A stretch of DNA of 64,000 bases from an uncultured virus (IMG/VR IMGVR_UViG_3300008262_000056). Its lineage: Duplodnaviria; Heunggongvirae; Uroviricota; Caudoviricetes. Positions 1 through 9,701 of this stretch are shown here, in pieces. The stretch lies in IMG/VR virus record IMGVR_UViG_3300008262_000056. One strand, 5' to 3'. Below the pieces are notes generated by a model. The model had not been told where the DNA came from. It saw only the letters and a program-made list of their open reading frames with translations, and did not search any database. Made by a program: the position numbers and the translations under genes. The number at the start of each line of letters is the position of its first letter. The first letter of the stretch is position 1.

Positions 1-3000
1 ACAAACGGAACTTCAGGAACAAATGGTACCAATGGAACTAGCGGAACAAATGGTACCAATGGAACTAGCGGAACGAATGGTACTAGTGGAACAAATGGTA
101 CTAATGGTACTTCAGGTACAAACGGAACTTCAGGAACAAATGGTACCAATGGAACTTCAGGAACCAACGGAACAAATGGAACTAACGGTACAAGTGGGAC
201 AAATGGTACCTCAGGTACGAACGGTACAAATGGAACCTCAGGAACAAACGGAACTAATGGTACGTCAGGCACTGATGGAAGTAGTGGAACAAATGGTACA
301 AACGGGACTTCTGGTACGAATGGTACAAATGGTACTTCAGGAACTAATGGAACATCAGGTACGAACGGTACAAACGGAACTTCAGGAACTAATGGAACAT
401 CAGGTACGAACGGTACAAATGGGACTTCTGGAACCAATGGTACTAATGGTACGAGCGGGACCAATGGTACTAACGGTACAAACGGAACTTCAGGTACGAA
501 TGGGACAAATGGTTCAAGCGGTACTAACGGTACGTCAGGTACGAATGGGACAAATGGTTCAAGCGGTACTAACGGTACGTCAGGTACAAATGGAACTAAT
601 GGAACTAATGGTACAAGCGGAACAAATGGTACAGATGGTACTTCAGGAACAAATGGTACAAACGGCACTTCAGGTACGAATGGGACATCAGGAACTAATG
701 GTACAAATGGAACTAGTGGAACGAACGGAACTAACGGATCATCAGGTACTAATGGAACGAATGGTACTTCAGGAACTAACGGAACTTCAGGAACAAACGG
801 TACTAATGGAACAGATGGTACTAGCGGGACCAACGGTACAAATGGTACTAGTGGAACGAATGGAACAAACGGTACTTCGGGTACAAATGGGACTAGTGGA
901 ACAAATGGTTCAAGTGGAACTAACGGAACGAATGGTACATCAGGTACAAACGGAACTAATGGTACGTCAGGTACTGATGGAACTAGTGGAACAAATGGTA
1001 CCAATGGGACAAGTGGAACGAACGGAACTTCAGGAACCAACGGTACAAACGGATCATCAGGTACTAATGGAACTAATGGAACTAATGGTACATCTGGTAC
1101 TAATGGAACAAATGGAACTAGCGGTACGAATGGTACTAGCGGAACAAATGGTACAAACGGCACTTCAGGTACAAATGGTACTAACGGTACAAGTGGAACA
1201 AATGGTACCTCAGGTACGAATGGGACAAATGGAACATCAGGTACAAACGGGACTTCTGGTACAAATGGAACTAGCGGTACGAATGGCACTTCAGGTACAA
1301 ATGGAACAAATGGTACAAGTGGAACAAATGGTACAAGTGGAACAAATGGTACCTCAGGTACAAATGGTACAAATGGAACTTCAGGAACTAACGGAACTTC
1401 AGGTACAAACGGCACTAGCGGAACAAATGGAACAAATGGAACCTCAGGTACAAATGGAACATCAGGAACTAATGGGACTTCGGGAACTAATGGTACTAGT
1501 GGAACGAATGGAACATCGGGAACAAACGGAACTAATGGTACTAGTGGAACGAATGGTACTAACGGAACTAGCGGAACAAATGGTACTTCAGGAACTAACG
1601 GTACTAACGGCACAAGTGGAACAAATGGTACTAATGGAACATCGGGAACAAACGGAACTAATGGAACAAATGGAACTAGCGGTACTAATGGTACATCAGG
1701 AACTAACGGAACTAATGGTACTAGTGGAACAAATGGAACATCGGGAACAAACGGAACTAATGGTACTAGTGGAACGAATGGTACTAACGGAACCAATGGA
1801 ACTTCAGGGACTAATGGGACTTCTGGCACTAATGGAACAAATGGAACTAGCGGTACGAATGGAACAAATGGAACTTCAGGTACTAATGGTACCTCAGGTA
1901 CAAATGGAACTAGCGGTACGAATGGAACAAATGGAACTTCAGGTACTAATGGGACCTCAGGTACAAATGGAACATCAGGAACTAACGGTACTAATGGTAC
2001 ATCAGGAACTAATGGCACATCAGGTACTAACGGTACTAACGGTACATCAGGAACTAATGGAACATCAGGTACTAATGGGACTAGTGGAACAAATGGAACA
2101 AATGGTTCAAGCGGTACAAATGGAACTAGCGGAACGAATGGTACAAATGGAACTAGCGGAACGAATGGTACAAATGGAACTAACGGTACATCAGGTACAA
2201 ATGGTACTAATGGGACTTCGGGAACCAATGGTAGTAGTGGAACTAATGGTACAAACGGCACTTCAGGTACGAATGGAACATCAGGAACAAATGGCACTAA
2301 CGGTACAAGTGGGACAAATGGAACTTCAGGAACTAACGGTACTAATGGTACATCAGGAACTAACGGAACTAGCGGATGGATCTTCAGGCACAAATGGAAC
2401 ATCGGGAACAAACGGAACTAATGGCACTAGTGGAACGAATGGTACTTCAGGTACCAATGGAACTAGCGGGACCAATGGAACATCAGGAACAAATGGTACA
2501 AATGGTACGAGCGGGACCAATGGAACTAGCGGTACTAATGGGACATCAGGGACTAACGGAACGTCAGGAACAAACGGAACGAGCGGTACAAATGGTACTA
2601 ACGGAACTAGTGGTACAAATGGTACAAGTGGAACAAACGGTACAAACGGCACTAGCGGAACAAATGGAACGTCAGGGACTAATGGTACAAATGGAACTTC
2701 AGGGACTAATGGTACAAATGGAACTAATGGTACATCAGGTACAAATGGAACGTCAGGGACTAATGGTACAAACGGCACTTCAGGAACCAACGGGACTAAT
2801 GGAACTAGCGGAACAAATGGTACTAATGGAACATCAGGAACTAATGGAACTAGCGGAACAAATGGTACAAACGGGACTTCGGGGACTAATGGAACAAACG
2901 GAACTTCAGGAACCAACGGGACTAATGGAACTAGCGGAACAAATGGTACTAATGGAACATCAGGAACTAATGGAACTAGCGGAACAAATGGTACAAACGG

Positions 3001-4747
3001 GACCTCAGGTACGAATGGAACAAATGGAACATCGGGTACTAACGGAACTAATGGTACAAACGGAACATCAGGTACTAACGGAACTAGTGGTACAAACGGA
3101 ACTTCAGGTACGAATGGGACAAATGGTTCAAGCGGTACCAATGGTACTAGCGGTACTAATGGAACTAGCGGTACTAATGGAACAAATGGAACCTCAGGAA
3201 CGAATGGTACTAATGGAACATCGGGAACCAATGGAACTAGCGGAACTAATGGTACGAACGGTACAAGCGGTACCAATGGTACTAGCGGTACTAATGGAAC
3301 TAGCGGTACTAATGGGACAAATGGTACGAGCGGGACTAATGGAACATCGGGAACCAATGGAACTAGCGGAACTAATGGTACGAACGGTACAAGTGGAACA
3401 AATGGAACTAGCGGTACTAATGGAACTAGCGGTACTAATGGGACAAATGGTACGAGCGGGACCAATGGAACATCAGGAACAAATGGTACAAATGGTTCAA
3501 GTGGTACCAACGGAACTAGCGGAACAAATGGTACGAATGGTACCAACGGTACTAGCGGAACAAATGGTTCAAGCGGTACTAATGGTACTTCAGGAACTAA
3601 CGGAACTAATGGTACTAGCGGAACAAATGGTTCAAGCGGTACTAATGGTACTTCAGGAACTAACGGAACTAATGGATCTTCAGGTACTAATGGTACATCT
3701 GGTACTAATGGAACCAACGGAACTAGCGGAACAAATGGTACTTCAGGAACCAACGGTACTAGTGGAACAAACGGAACAAATGGAACTAGTGGAACAAATG
3801 GTTCTTCAGGTACAAACGGAACAAATGGTTCGAGTGGTACCAACGGAACTAGCGGGACCAATGGAACTTCAGGAACTAATGGAACAAATGGTACAAGTGG
3901 TACTAATGGAACATCAGGAACTAATGGATCTTCGGGAACTAATGGTACTAGCGGTACTAACGGAACATCAGGAACGAATGGTACTAGCGGAACAAACGGA
4001 ACTTCAGGAACCAACGGGACTAATGGAACATCAGGTACAAATGGAACGTCAGGGACTAACGGTACAAATGGGTCAAGTGGTACAAACGGAACGTCAGGTA
4101 CTAATGGGACTTCGGGAACAAATGGAACCAACGGTACAAATGGGTCAAGTGGTACAAACGGAACAAACGGTACAAGTGGAACCAACGGAACATCGGGAAC
4201 TAATGGTTCTAGCGGTACGAATGGTACTTCAGGAACTAATGGTACGAATGGATCTTCGGGAACTAATGGTACTAGCGGTACTAACGGAACTAATGGATCT
4301 TCAGGTACAAATGGAACATCAGGTACTAACGGAACTAATGGATCTTCAGGTACAAATGGAACATCAGGTACTAACGGAACTAATGGATCTTCAGGTACAA
4401 ATGGAACGTCAGGAACTAATGGAACTTCAGGTACAAACGGAACAAACGGTAGTTCGGGAACAAATGGAACTAGCGGTACAAATGGGACTAATGGATCTTC
4501 AGGTACTAACGGGACAAATGGTTCAAGCGGTACCAACGGAACTTCAGGAACTAACGGAACATCCGGTACTAATGGAACAAATGGTTCAAGTGGTACCAAC
4601 GGAACTAGTGGTACTAACGGAACAAATGGATCGAGCGGTACAAATGGAACAAACGGTTCAAGTGGAACAAACGGAACATCAGGAACTAATGGTACAAGTG
4701 GAACCAACGGAACATCAGGAACTAATGGAACCAATGGTACAAGTGGG
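1..4747 (+). repeat. Coding tandem repeat of 9-nt units encoding NGT/SGT/NGS (Gly every third residue)
   Basis: Continuous AAY-GGN-ACN and TCN/AGY-GGN-ACN units with varied synonymous codons. Confidence 0.97.
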
Positions 4748-7700
4748 GTTTCTCCTACAGTACCTGGAGCTAATAATGAAGTACTAACTTCAGATGGTGC
4801 GGGCGGCATAGTTGCTGAATCACTTTTAACTTTTGATGGTACAATCACATCACCTTACTTGAATATTAATTCAGTAAAGGTAGGTAGAGGGAATAACAAT
4901 GTTGCAACTAACATTTCAATTGGATGTACGGTTGCATTTGCTAATACCGCAACGGGACCATTAAACATTGCAATTGGTGGATTTTCTTTAAAATGTAATA
5001 CTACAGGATGTAGGAATGTTGGTATTGGACCGAACAGCCTTTACACGAATACTTCAGGAAATAGAAATATTGGTATTGGATATAGGTCTTTACTGTTGAA
5101 CTCGAATGGTGCAGAAAACGTCGCAATAGGGGGACAATCTACTTTATCTTCAAATACCTCGGGAAGTAATAATGTTGGTATTGGTAGCTACGCTTTGAGA
5201 TATACAACAACAGGAAATTACAACTTTGCGATTGGTAGTAGAGTATTAAATTGTAATACAACGGGAAGTTGTAATATTGGTATTGGTCGATTATCATTAT
5301 ATTGTAACACAACTGGTTGTCACAACACGGCATTTGGATTTTGTTCATTACGTAGTAATACTACAGGTTCACAAAATAATGCAATGGGTCAATACGCATT
5401 GAGAAGTAACACTACAGGTTCACAAAATAATGCATTTGGGCGTAATGCTTTACGAAGCAATGTTAGTGGTGTCAATAACGTCGCAATTGGTGATGGTACT
5501 TTATTTAATAATACAATTGGTAGTGGTAATTTAGCAGTTGGGTATCGATCTATGTCTTCAAACATAAATGGGGGTAATAATACCGCAATTGGTAGATACT
5601 CTTTACAATCTAACACACAGGGAACCTATAATAACGCGATAGGATTATCTTCATTACGTAATAACACATTAGGTTGTCATAATACGGCAATTGGTAGGTA
5701 TTCATTGTTAAATAACAATACAGGTAACTTTAATACCGCAATTGGTCAATATGCTTTAAGAAATAATACGTCGGGTCTTCATAACATAGCAATTGGTTGT
5801 CAATCCTTACGTTATAATACAACAGGGTGTGATAATGTTTCGTTTGGACGAGACGCATTACGTTTCTCTACAACAGGCAGTAATAATATTGGAATTGGTA
5901 GAGAAACTCTATACGCATTTGGGGCTAAATATGACAACGTTGCGATAGGGTATCGATCTTTAAAATGCGTAACAACAGGATGTTGTAATATAGCAATTGG
6001 TAGACGAGCATCATATAATAATACAACTGGTAATAATAATGTTTCTATTGGATCGGGAGTATTATTTCAAAATACAACGGGTTGTCAAAATATTGGAATA
6101 GGAATATCTAATTTAGATAATAATACGACAGGTTATCAGAATATCTCCATAGGTGCGTCCGCTTCACTTGCCAATACAACTGGATCACGAAACCTTTCAA
6201 TTGGGTACAGAGCATTATTTTCAAATGTTGGGGGTTGTTATAATATTGCAATAGGTCACTTTAGTTTATATTGTAGTAATACACTAAGTCACGAAATTGC
6301 AATTGGTTCGGAAGCTATGAGATATAGAGCCCCTTTCAATTTACCTGGACCTGCAAATATTGCTATTGGTCTGTTCGCCCTAAGGGGGTGTAACTATACG
6401 TATAAACAATGTGGATATGGAAACATTGCAATTGGCGGTTGTTCTCAAAGATATAACTCTACAGGACATTACAATATAGGTATAGGTAGTAACACATTAA
6501 CTTTAAATAAAACTGGACGGCAAAATGTTGCTATTGGTGCAAATGCACTTAGAAATACAACAGCTTACAATCCATCCGTAGCGGTAGGTTTTTTAGCCTT
6601 ATGTACCCAAACAACAGGTTATAATAATACTGCAGTAGGTACGAGAGCTTTACAATCAAATTCAACTGGTATTAGAAATACCGCAGTTGGTCATTTCGCA
6701 TTAATATATAATACTGGAAATGACAATACTGGAGTGGGTTACAATACTCAAAATAATGGAGGAACTGCATATGCAAATAGTTCCTTAGGAAGTAAAACAT
6801 TAGAGTCCAACATAGCAGGTTTTCATAATGTTGCTATGGGATATAGAGCATTAGCAAAAAATTTGACTGGTTTTAAAAATACTGGTTTAGGTTCTCGTTC
6901 AATAGAAAATAATACTTATGGTCATAATAATATTGGAATTGGTTATCAATCTCTATATAACAATAACACAGGATATCAAAACATTGCAATAGGTACTTGT
7001 AGTTTACTAAATAATACATACGGTCAATTTAATATTGCTCAAGGATATAGAGCCATGTATAATAACACGTATGGATGTTTTAACGTTGCAATTGGTAGAT
7101 GTGTACTTGAAAATAATACAACCGCAAATGAAAACATTGCTATCGGTAGAAAACCTTTATTCTCAAACACTACAGGTACTCAAAACATCGCTTTAGGTAG
7201 AAACGCACTTATCTGTAACTCAACAGGAAATTACAACATTGCAATGGGTAGAACTGCACTATATGAAAATACAACTGGTGTAGGAAACGTTTCAATTGGT
7301 ATTCGAACAATGGCATATAACAAATCAGGATCTTGTAATGTTGTTTTAGGTTATAGAGCAAATTATAATGGTTATCAGTCGTGTTTTAATGTGTTTATAG
7401 GTACTAAAGCAGGTTGTAATCATTCTTGTTATTGTACTAATGCTAATGTTGCAATAGGATTTCAAGCTTTATTCTCAAGTGTTGCAACTTCAGAAAACGT
7501 TGCTATTGGTACTGAAACATTATATGGTAATACTTCGGGTGGTGTAAACGTTGCAATAGGGGAAAGATCTCAAAGAAATTTAACTACAGGTCAAAGAAAC
7601 GTAAGTGTTGGTTCGCGAGCCATGTATTATGCAACCACAACTAGATATAGTATTGGTGTAGGTGCTTGGGCGGGGTCTAAATTAACTACAGGTTATGATA

Positions 7701-8032
7701 ATATTGCAATCGGTAGATGTGCATCTTATAATCAACCAACAACATCTAAGAATAATATTGCCATAGGTAGAGAAGCAAACTGTGCAACAACTTATCAAGG
7801 TGATAATAATATATTTTTGGGTTACAGAACTGGTATGCCGACTGGTAACTACACCGCTTCAGTTGCGATAGGTGGTTATACAGACATACAAGCTAGTAAT
7901 TATATACACTTTGGTTCTGCAGTAGGAGGATTCAATTTGGGGGTTGTTAGTTCAGGTATTGGATGTACGGTTAGTGATATTTGGCCTGTTTATATCAATG
8001 GAGTGTTGAGAAAAATAATGTTATCTTGTTAA
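1..8032 (+). CDS. Giant collagen-like (G-T-N/G-T-S) fibre/adhesin protein with C-terminal Cys-rich beta-roll head; 5'-partial and frameshifted at 2376/2377
   Basis: Frame +1 from base 1 reads TNGTSGTNGT... to 2376. The same repeat continues in frame +2 from 2378 to ~4747, followed by ~17-aa repeats (NIAIGxxALxxNTTGxx) to TAA at 8030-8032. The start lies upstream of the window. Confidence 0.8.
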   Translation, partial: QTELQEQMVPMELAEQMVPMELAERMVLVEQMVLMVLQVQTELQEQMVPMELQEPTEQMELTVQVGQMVPQVRTVQMEPQEQTELMVRQALMEVVEQMVQTGLLVRMVQMVLQELMEHQVRTVQTELQELMEHQVRTVQMGLLEPMVLMVRAGPMVLTVQTELQVRMGQMVQAVLTVRQVRMGQMVQAVLTVRQVQMELMELMVQAEQMVQMVLQEQMVQTALQVRMGHQELMVQMELVERTELTDHQVLMERMVLQELTELQEQTVLMEQMVLAGPTVQMVLVERMEQTVLRVQMGLVEQMVQVELTERMVHQVQTELMVRQVLMELVEQMVPMGQVERTELQEPTVQTDHQVLMELMELMVHLVLMEQMELAVRMVLAEQMVQTALQVQMVLTVQVEQMVPQVRMGQMEHQVQTGLLVQMELAVRMALQVQMEQMVQVEQMVQVEQMVPQVQMVQMELQELTELQVQTALAEQMEQMEPQVQMEHQELMGLRELMVLVERMEHREQTELMVLVERMVLTELAEQMVLQELTVLTAQVEQMVLMEHREQTELMEQMELAVLMVHQELTELMVLVEQMEHREQTELMVLVERMVLTEPMELQGLMGLLALMEQMELAVRMEQMELQVLMVPQVQMELAVRMEQMELQVLMGPQVQMEHQELTVLMVHQELMAHQVLTVLTVHQELMEHQVLMGLVEQMEQMVQAVQMELAERMVQMELAERMVQMELTVHQVQMVLMGLREPMVVVELMVQTALQVRMEHQEQMALTVQVGQMELQELTVLMVHQELTELADGSSGTNGTSGTNGTNGTSGTNGTSGTNGTSGTNGTSGTNGTNGTSGTNGTSGTNGTSGTNGTSGTNGTSGTNGTNGTSGTNGTSGTNGTNGTSGTNGTSGTNGTNGTSGTNGTNGTNGTSGTNGTSGTNGTNGTSGTNGTNGTSGTNGTNGTSGTNGTSGTNGTNGTSGTNGTNGTSGTNGTNGTSGTNGTNGTSGTNGTSGTNGTNGTSGTNGTNGTSGTNGTNGTNGTSGTNGTSGTNGTSGTNGTNGSSGTNGTSGTNGTSGTNGTNGTSGTNGTNGTSGTNGTSGTNGTNGTSGTNGTSGTNGTSGTNGTNGTSGTNGTSGTNGTSGTNGTNGTSGTNGTSGTNGTSGTNGTNGTSGTNGTSGTNGTNGSSGTNGTSGTNGTNGTNGTSGTNGSSGTNGTSGTNGTNGTSGTNGSSGTNGTSGTNGTNGSSGTNGTSGTNGTNGTSGTNGTSGTNGTSGTNGTNGTSGTNGSSGTNGTNGSSGTNGTSGTNGTSGTNGTNGTSGTNGTSGTNGSSGTNGTSGTNGTSGTNGTSGTNGTSGTNGTNGTSGTNGTSGTNGTNGSSGTNGTSGTNGTSGTNGTNGTNGSSGTNGTNGTSGTNGTSGTNGSSGTNGTSGTNGTNGSSGTNGTSGTNGTNGSSGTNGTSGTNGTNGSSGTNGTSGTNGTNGSSGTNGTSGTNGTSGTNGTNGSSGTNGTSGTNGTNGSSGTNGTNGSSGTNGTSGTNGTSGTNGTNGSSGTNGTSGTNGTNGSSGTNGTNGSSGTNGTSGTNGTSGTNGTSGTNGTNGTSGVSPTVPGANNEVLTSDGAGGIVAESLLTFDGTITSPYLNINSVKVGRGNNNVATNISIGCTVAFANTATGPLNIAIGGFSLKCNTTGCRNVGIGPNSLYTNTSGNRNIGIGYRSLLLNSNGAENVAIGGQSTLSSNTSGSNNVGIGSYALRYTTTGNYNFAIGSRVLNCNTTGSCNIGIGRLSLYCNTTGCHNTAFGFCSLRSNTTGSQNNAMGQYALRSNTTGSQNNAFGRNALRSNVSGVNNVAIGDGTLFNNTIGSGNLAVGYRSMSSNINGGNNTAIGRYSLQSNTQGTYNNAIGLSSLRNNTLGCHNTAIGRYSLLNNNTGNFNTAIGQYALRNNTSGLHNIAIGCQSLRYNTTGCDNVSFGRDALRFSTTGSNNIGIGRETLYAFGAKYDNVAIGYRSLKCVTTGCCNIAIGRRASYNNTTGNNNVSIGSGVLFQNTTGCQNIGIGISNLDNNTTGYQNISIGASASLANTTGSRNLSIGYRALFSNVGGCYNIAIGHFSLYCSNTLSHEIAIGSEAMRYRAPFNLPGPANIAIGLFALRGCNYTYKQCGYGNIAIGGCSQRYNSTGHYNIGIGSNTLTLNKTGRQNVAIGANALRNTTAYNPSVAVGFLALCTQTTGYNNTAVGTRALQSNSTGIRNTAVGHFALIYNTGNDNTGVGYNTQNNGGTAYANSSLGSKTLESNIAGFHNVAMGYRALAKNLTGFKNTGLGSRSIENNTYGHNNIGIGYQSLYNNNTGYQNIAIGTCSLLNNTYGQFNIAQGYRAMYNNTYGCFNVAIGRCVLENNTTANENIAIGRKPLFSNTTGTQNIALGRNALICNSTGNYNIAMGRTALYENTTGVGNVSIGIRTMAYNKSGSCNVVLGYRANYNGYQSCFNVFIGTKAGCNHSCYCTNANVAIGFQALFSSVATSENVAIGTETLYGNTSGGVNVAIGERSQRNLTTGQRNVSVGSRAMYYATTTRYSIGVGAWAGSKLTTGYDNIAIGRCASYNQPTTSKNNIAIGREANCATTYQGDNNIFLGYRTGMPTGNYTASVAIGGYTDIQASNYIHFGSAVGGFNLGVVSSGIGCTVSDIWPVYINGVLRKIMLSC

Positions 8033-8078
8033 AAAACATAGACATTTTTATTAACTATAGTATTTTTTAAAATAAAAA

Positions 8079-8897
8079 ATGGTACAAAAAATATTTTATA
8101 ACACATCACTCCCAAGAGCAGGGTCTACATTACTTCAAAACATTTTGATGCAAAATCCTGAATTTTATTCAACACCAACTTCTGGCCTTGCTGATTTATT
8201 GATGACTGCAAGGAGTGTTTATTCAACAGGAGACGCATTTAGAGCTCAAGATCCTGAGGAAATGAAAAATGGAATGAAAAATTTCTATAAACAAGGTTTG
8301 TATGGGTTTTATAATGCAATTACAAATAGACCGTATGTTTTTGAAAAAAGTAGGGCTTGGATCGGTAATTATGGATTTTTGGAGTTTTTTGAAGAAGATA
8401 TCAAAATGGTTTGTATGGTTAGAGACTTACGTTCTATTTTTTCATCAATGGAAAAAAACTTTAGAAAAAATCAACACAAAGATCCTATGATTGTCAATGG
8501 AGTTGAATTGAAAAATATGACAACAGTTGCAAGAATTGATCACTTCTCAACAACTCCACCTGTTGGTCCGTCAATTGAATGGTTATTTGAAGCAATACAC
8601 CAAGGATATGATAAAAAAATTCATTTTATACGTTTTGAAGATTTGACTGTAAATCCTGAAAAAGAAATGAAAAAACTATATAACTATTTAGGATTTGATT
8701 ATTATCCTCACCACTTTACAAACATGGAACAACTAACACACGAGAATGATGTAATTCATGGAATTTTTGGCGACCATACAATTAAACCAAATATTGAGCC
8801 ATATAAAGAAGACTTTATTGAAGTTTTAAGTAAAGAACAATCAGATAGAATTAGATCTCACTATGATTGGTTTTATAAAAGATTTAACTATTTATAA
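8079..8897 (+). CDS. PAPS-dependent sulfotransferase
   Basis: 5'-PSB loop SLPRAGSTLLQNIL, 3'-PB-like VRDLRSIFSS, and RFEDL..NPEKEMKKLYNYL. Confidence 0.85.
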   Translation: MVQKIFYNTSLPRAGSTLLQNILMQNPEFYSTPTSGLADLLMTARSVYSTGDAFRAQDPEEMKNGMKNFYKQGLYGFYNAITNRPYVFEKSRAWIGNYGFLEFFEEDIKMVCMVRDLRSIFSSMEKNFRKNQHKDPMIVNGVELKNMTTVARIDHFSTTPPVGPSIEWLFEAIHQGYDKKIHFIRFEDLTVNPEKEMKKLYNYLGFDYYPHHFTNMEQLTHENDVIHGIFGDHTIKPNIEPYKEDFIEVLSKEQSDRIRSHYDWFYKRFNYL

Positions 8898-8899
8898 TT

Positions 8900-9160
8900 A
8901 TGGAAACACAAGACACACCACCAAACCCAAGAAATTCTGTATCGGCAGCCTTTGATTCGGTAAACTTAATCAATAACACAATACCATCTACAGGAAAAAC
9001 TATAGATGAAAAAATAGACATTGTGAAACGCAACAAAGACCATTTAGAAATTATGATGGGTAAAAGTTGGTTTACAGAAGCTTTAATAAATGACGAAGGC
9101 AATCAAATACAAACCTGTATTGTAAATGCTCAAAATTTCTTAGACTCTAATGGCGGATAA
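8900..9160 (+). CDS. Small hypothetical protein (paralog of the N-terminus of the next gene)
   Basis: 86-aa ORF tightly coupled to its neighbours; shares an A(F/L)DS..(L/M)IN...NK.HL pattern with 9150-9644. Confidence 0.65.
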   Translation: METQDTPPNPRNSVSAAFDSVNLINNTIPSTGKTIDEKIDIVKRNKDHLEIMMGKSWFTEALINDEGNQIQTCIVNAQNFLDSNGG

Positions 9161-9644
9161 TTCTTTTGATAGGGTAAAGGTTGCATTAGACTCAATTACA
9201 ATGATCAATAAATTGATTGAGAATACAAGCACGCCTTCAGGAAATTTAGATCCACCAAATATAAATGAGATTATTGAATTTAATAAAAAACATTTAATGA
9301 TTGAAAAAGATAAAGGTGGTTTTAGTGAGACTGAACTTACATTGATTGAAAATAAAATTTCTGAGGCTACAACTTTCATAGAAAACAATCCTAATAACGG
9401 TGGAGGAGGAGTTTCACCATACGTTGTTTTTTTCCAAGATTGTAAGTTAGGGTTTGAATTTGGGGTCAATTTTTCTCCCGAATACCCAAATTTAAAAATT
9501 GGTGACACATATGGTTTAGACGCCAAAGGATATCGAGGTTGTGGTCAAGTAACATCTACACCAAAAAAAACACCACCAATTTATAAAAGTCCGTCAATAG
9601 TAACGTACTTTGAATTTTGTCAGCAATGTATTGACAAGTTCTAA
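9150..9644 (+). CDS. Hypothetical protein with Cys-containing C-terminal module
   Basis: 164-aa ORF overlapping the previous stop; ends in CQQC. Confidence 0.6.
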   Translation: MADNSFDRVKVALDSITMINKLIENTSTPSGNLDPPNINEIIEFNKKHLMIEKDKGGFSETELTLIENKISEATTFIENNPNNGGGGVSPYVVFFQDCKLGFEFGVNFSPEYPNLKIGDTYGLDAKGYRGCGQVTSTPKKTPPIYKSPSIVTYFEFCQQCIDKF

Positions 9645-9701
9645 TATATCTTACTAAAAGATTTATTTAAAATTTATTTTTCTTATTTTTTTATAAAAAA
9701 T

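Noticed and set aside
23..2376. Met/Glu/Leu/Gln/Val-rich N-terminus of the 2669-aa ORF
   Set aside because: Shadow frame of the NGT/SGT repeat. The second codon position is never T, so the shifted frame cannot contain stops. The real frame here is +1.
1..4747. CRISPR array or InaZ-type ice-nucleation gene
   Set aside because: No unique spacers; variation is synonymous and codon-phased; no AGYGSTxT octapeptide.
2376..4787. 803-aa overlapping plus-strand ORF
   Set aside because: Same shadow-frame effect after the frameshift; no independent coding evidence.
2353..4848. 831-aa antisense Val/Pro/Leu ORF (also 17223-17798 minus and 17282-17791 plus)
   Set aside because: Automatic consequence of the repeat's codon composition.
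4860..8032. Diversity-generating retroelement target
   Set aside because: No reverse transcriptase and no TR/VR pair with adenine-specific mismatches noticed in the window.
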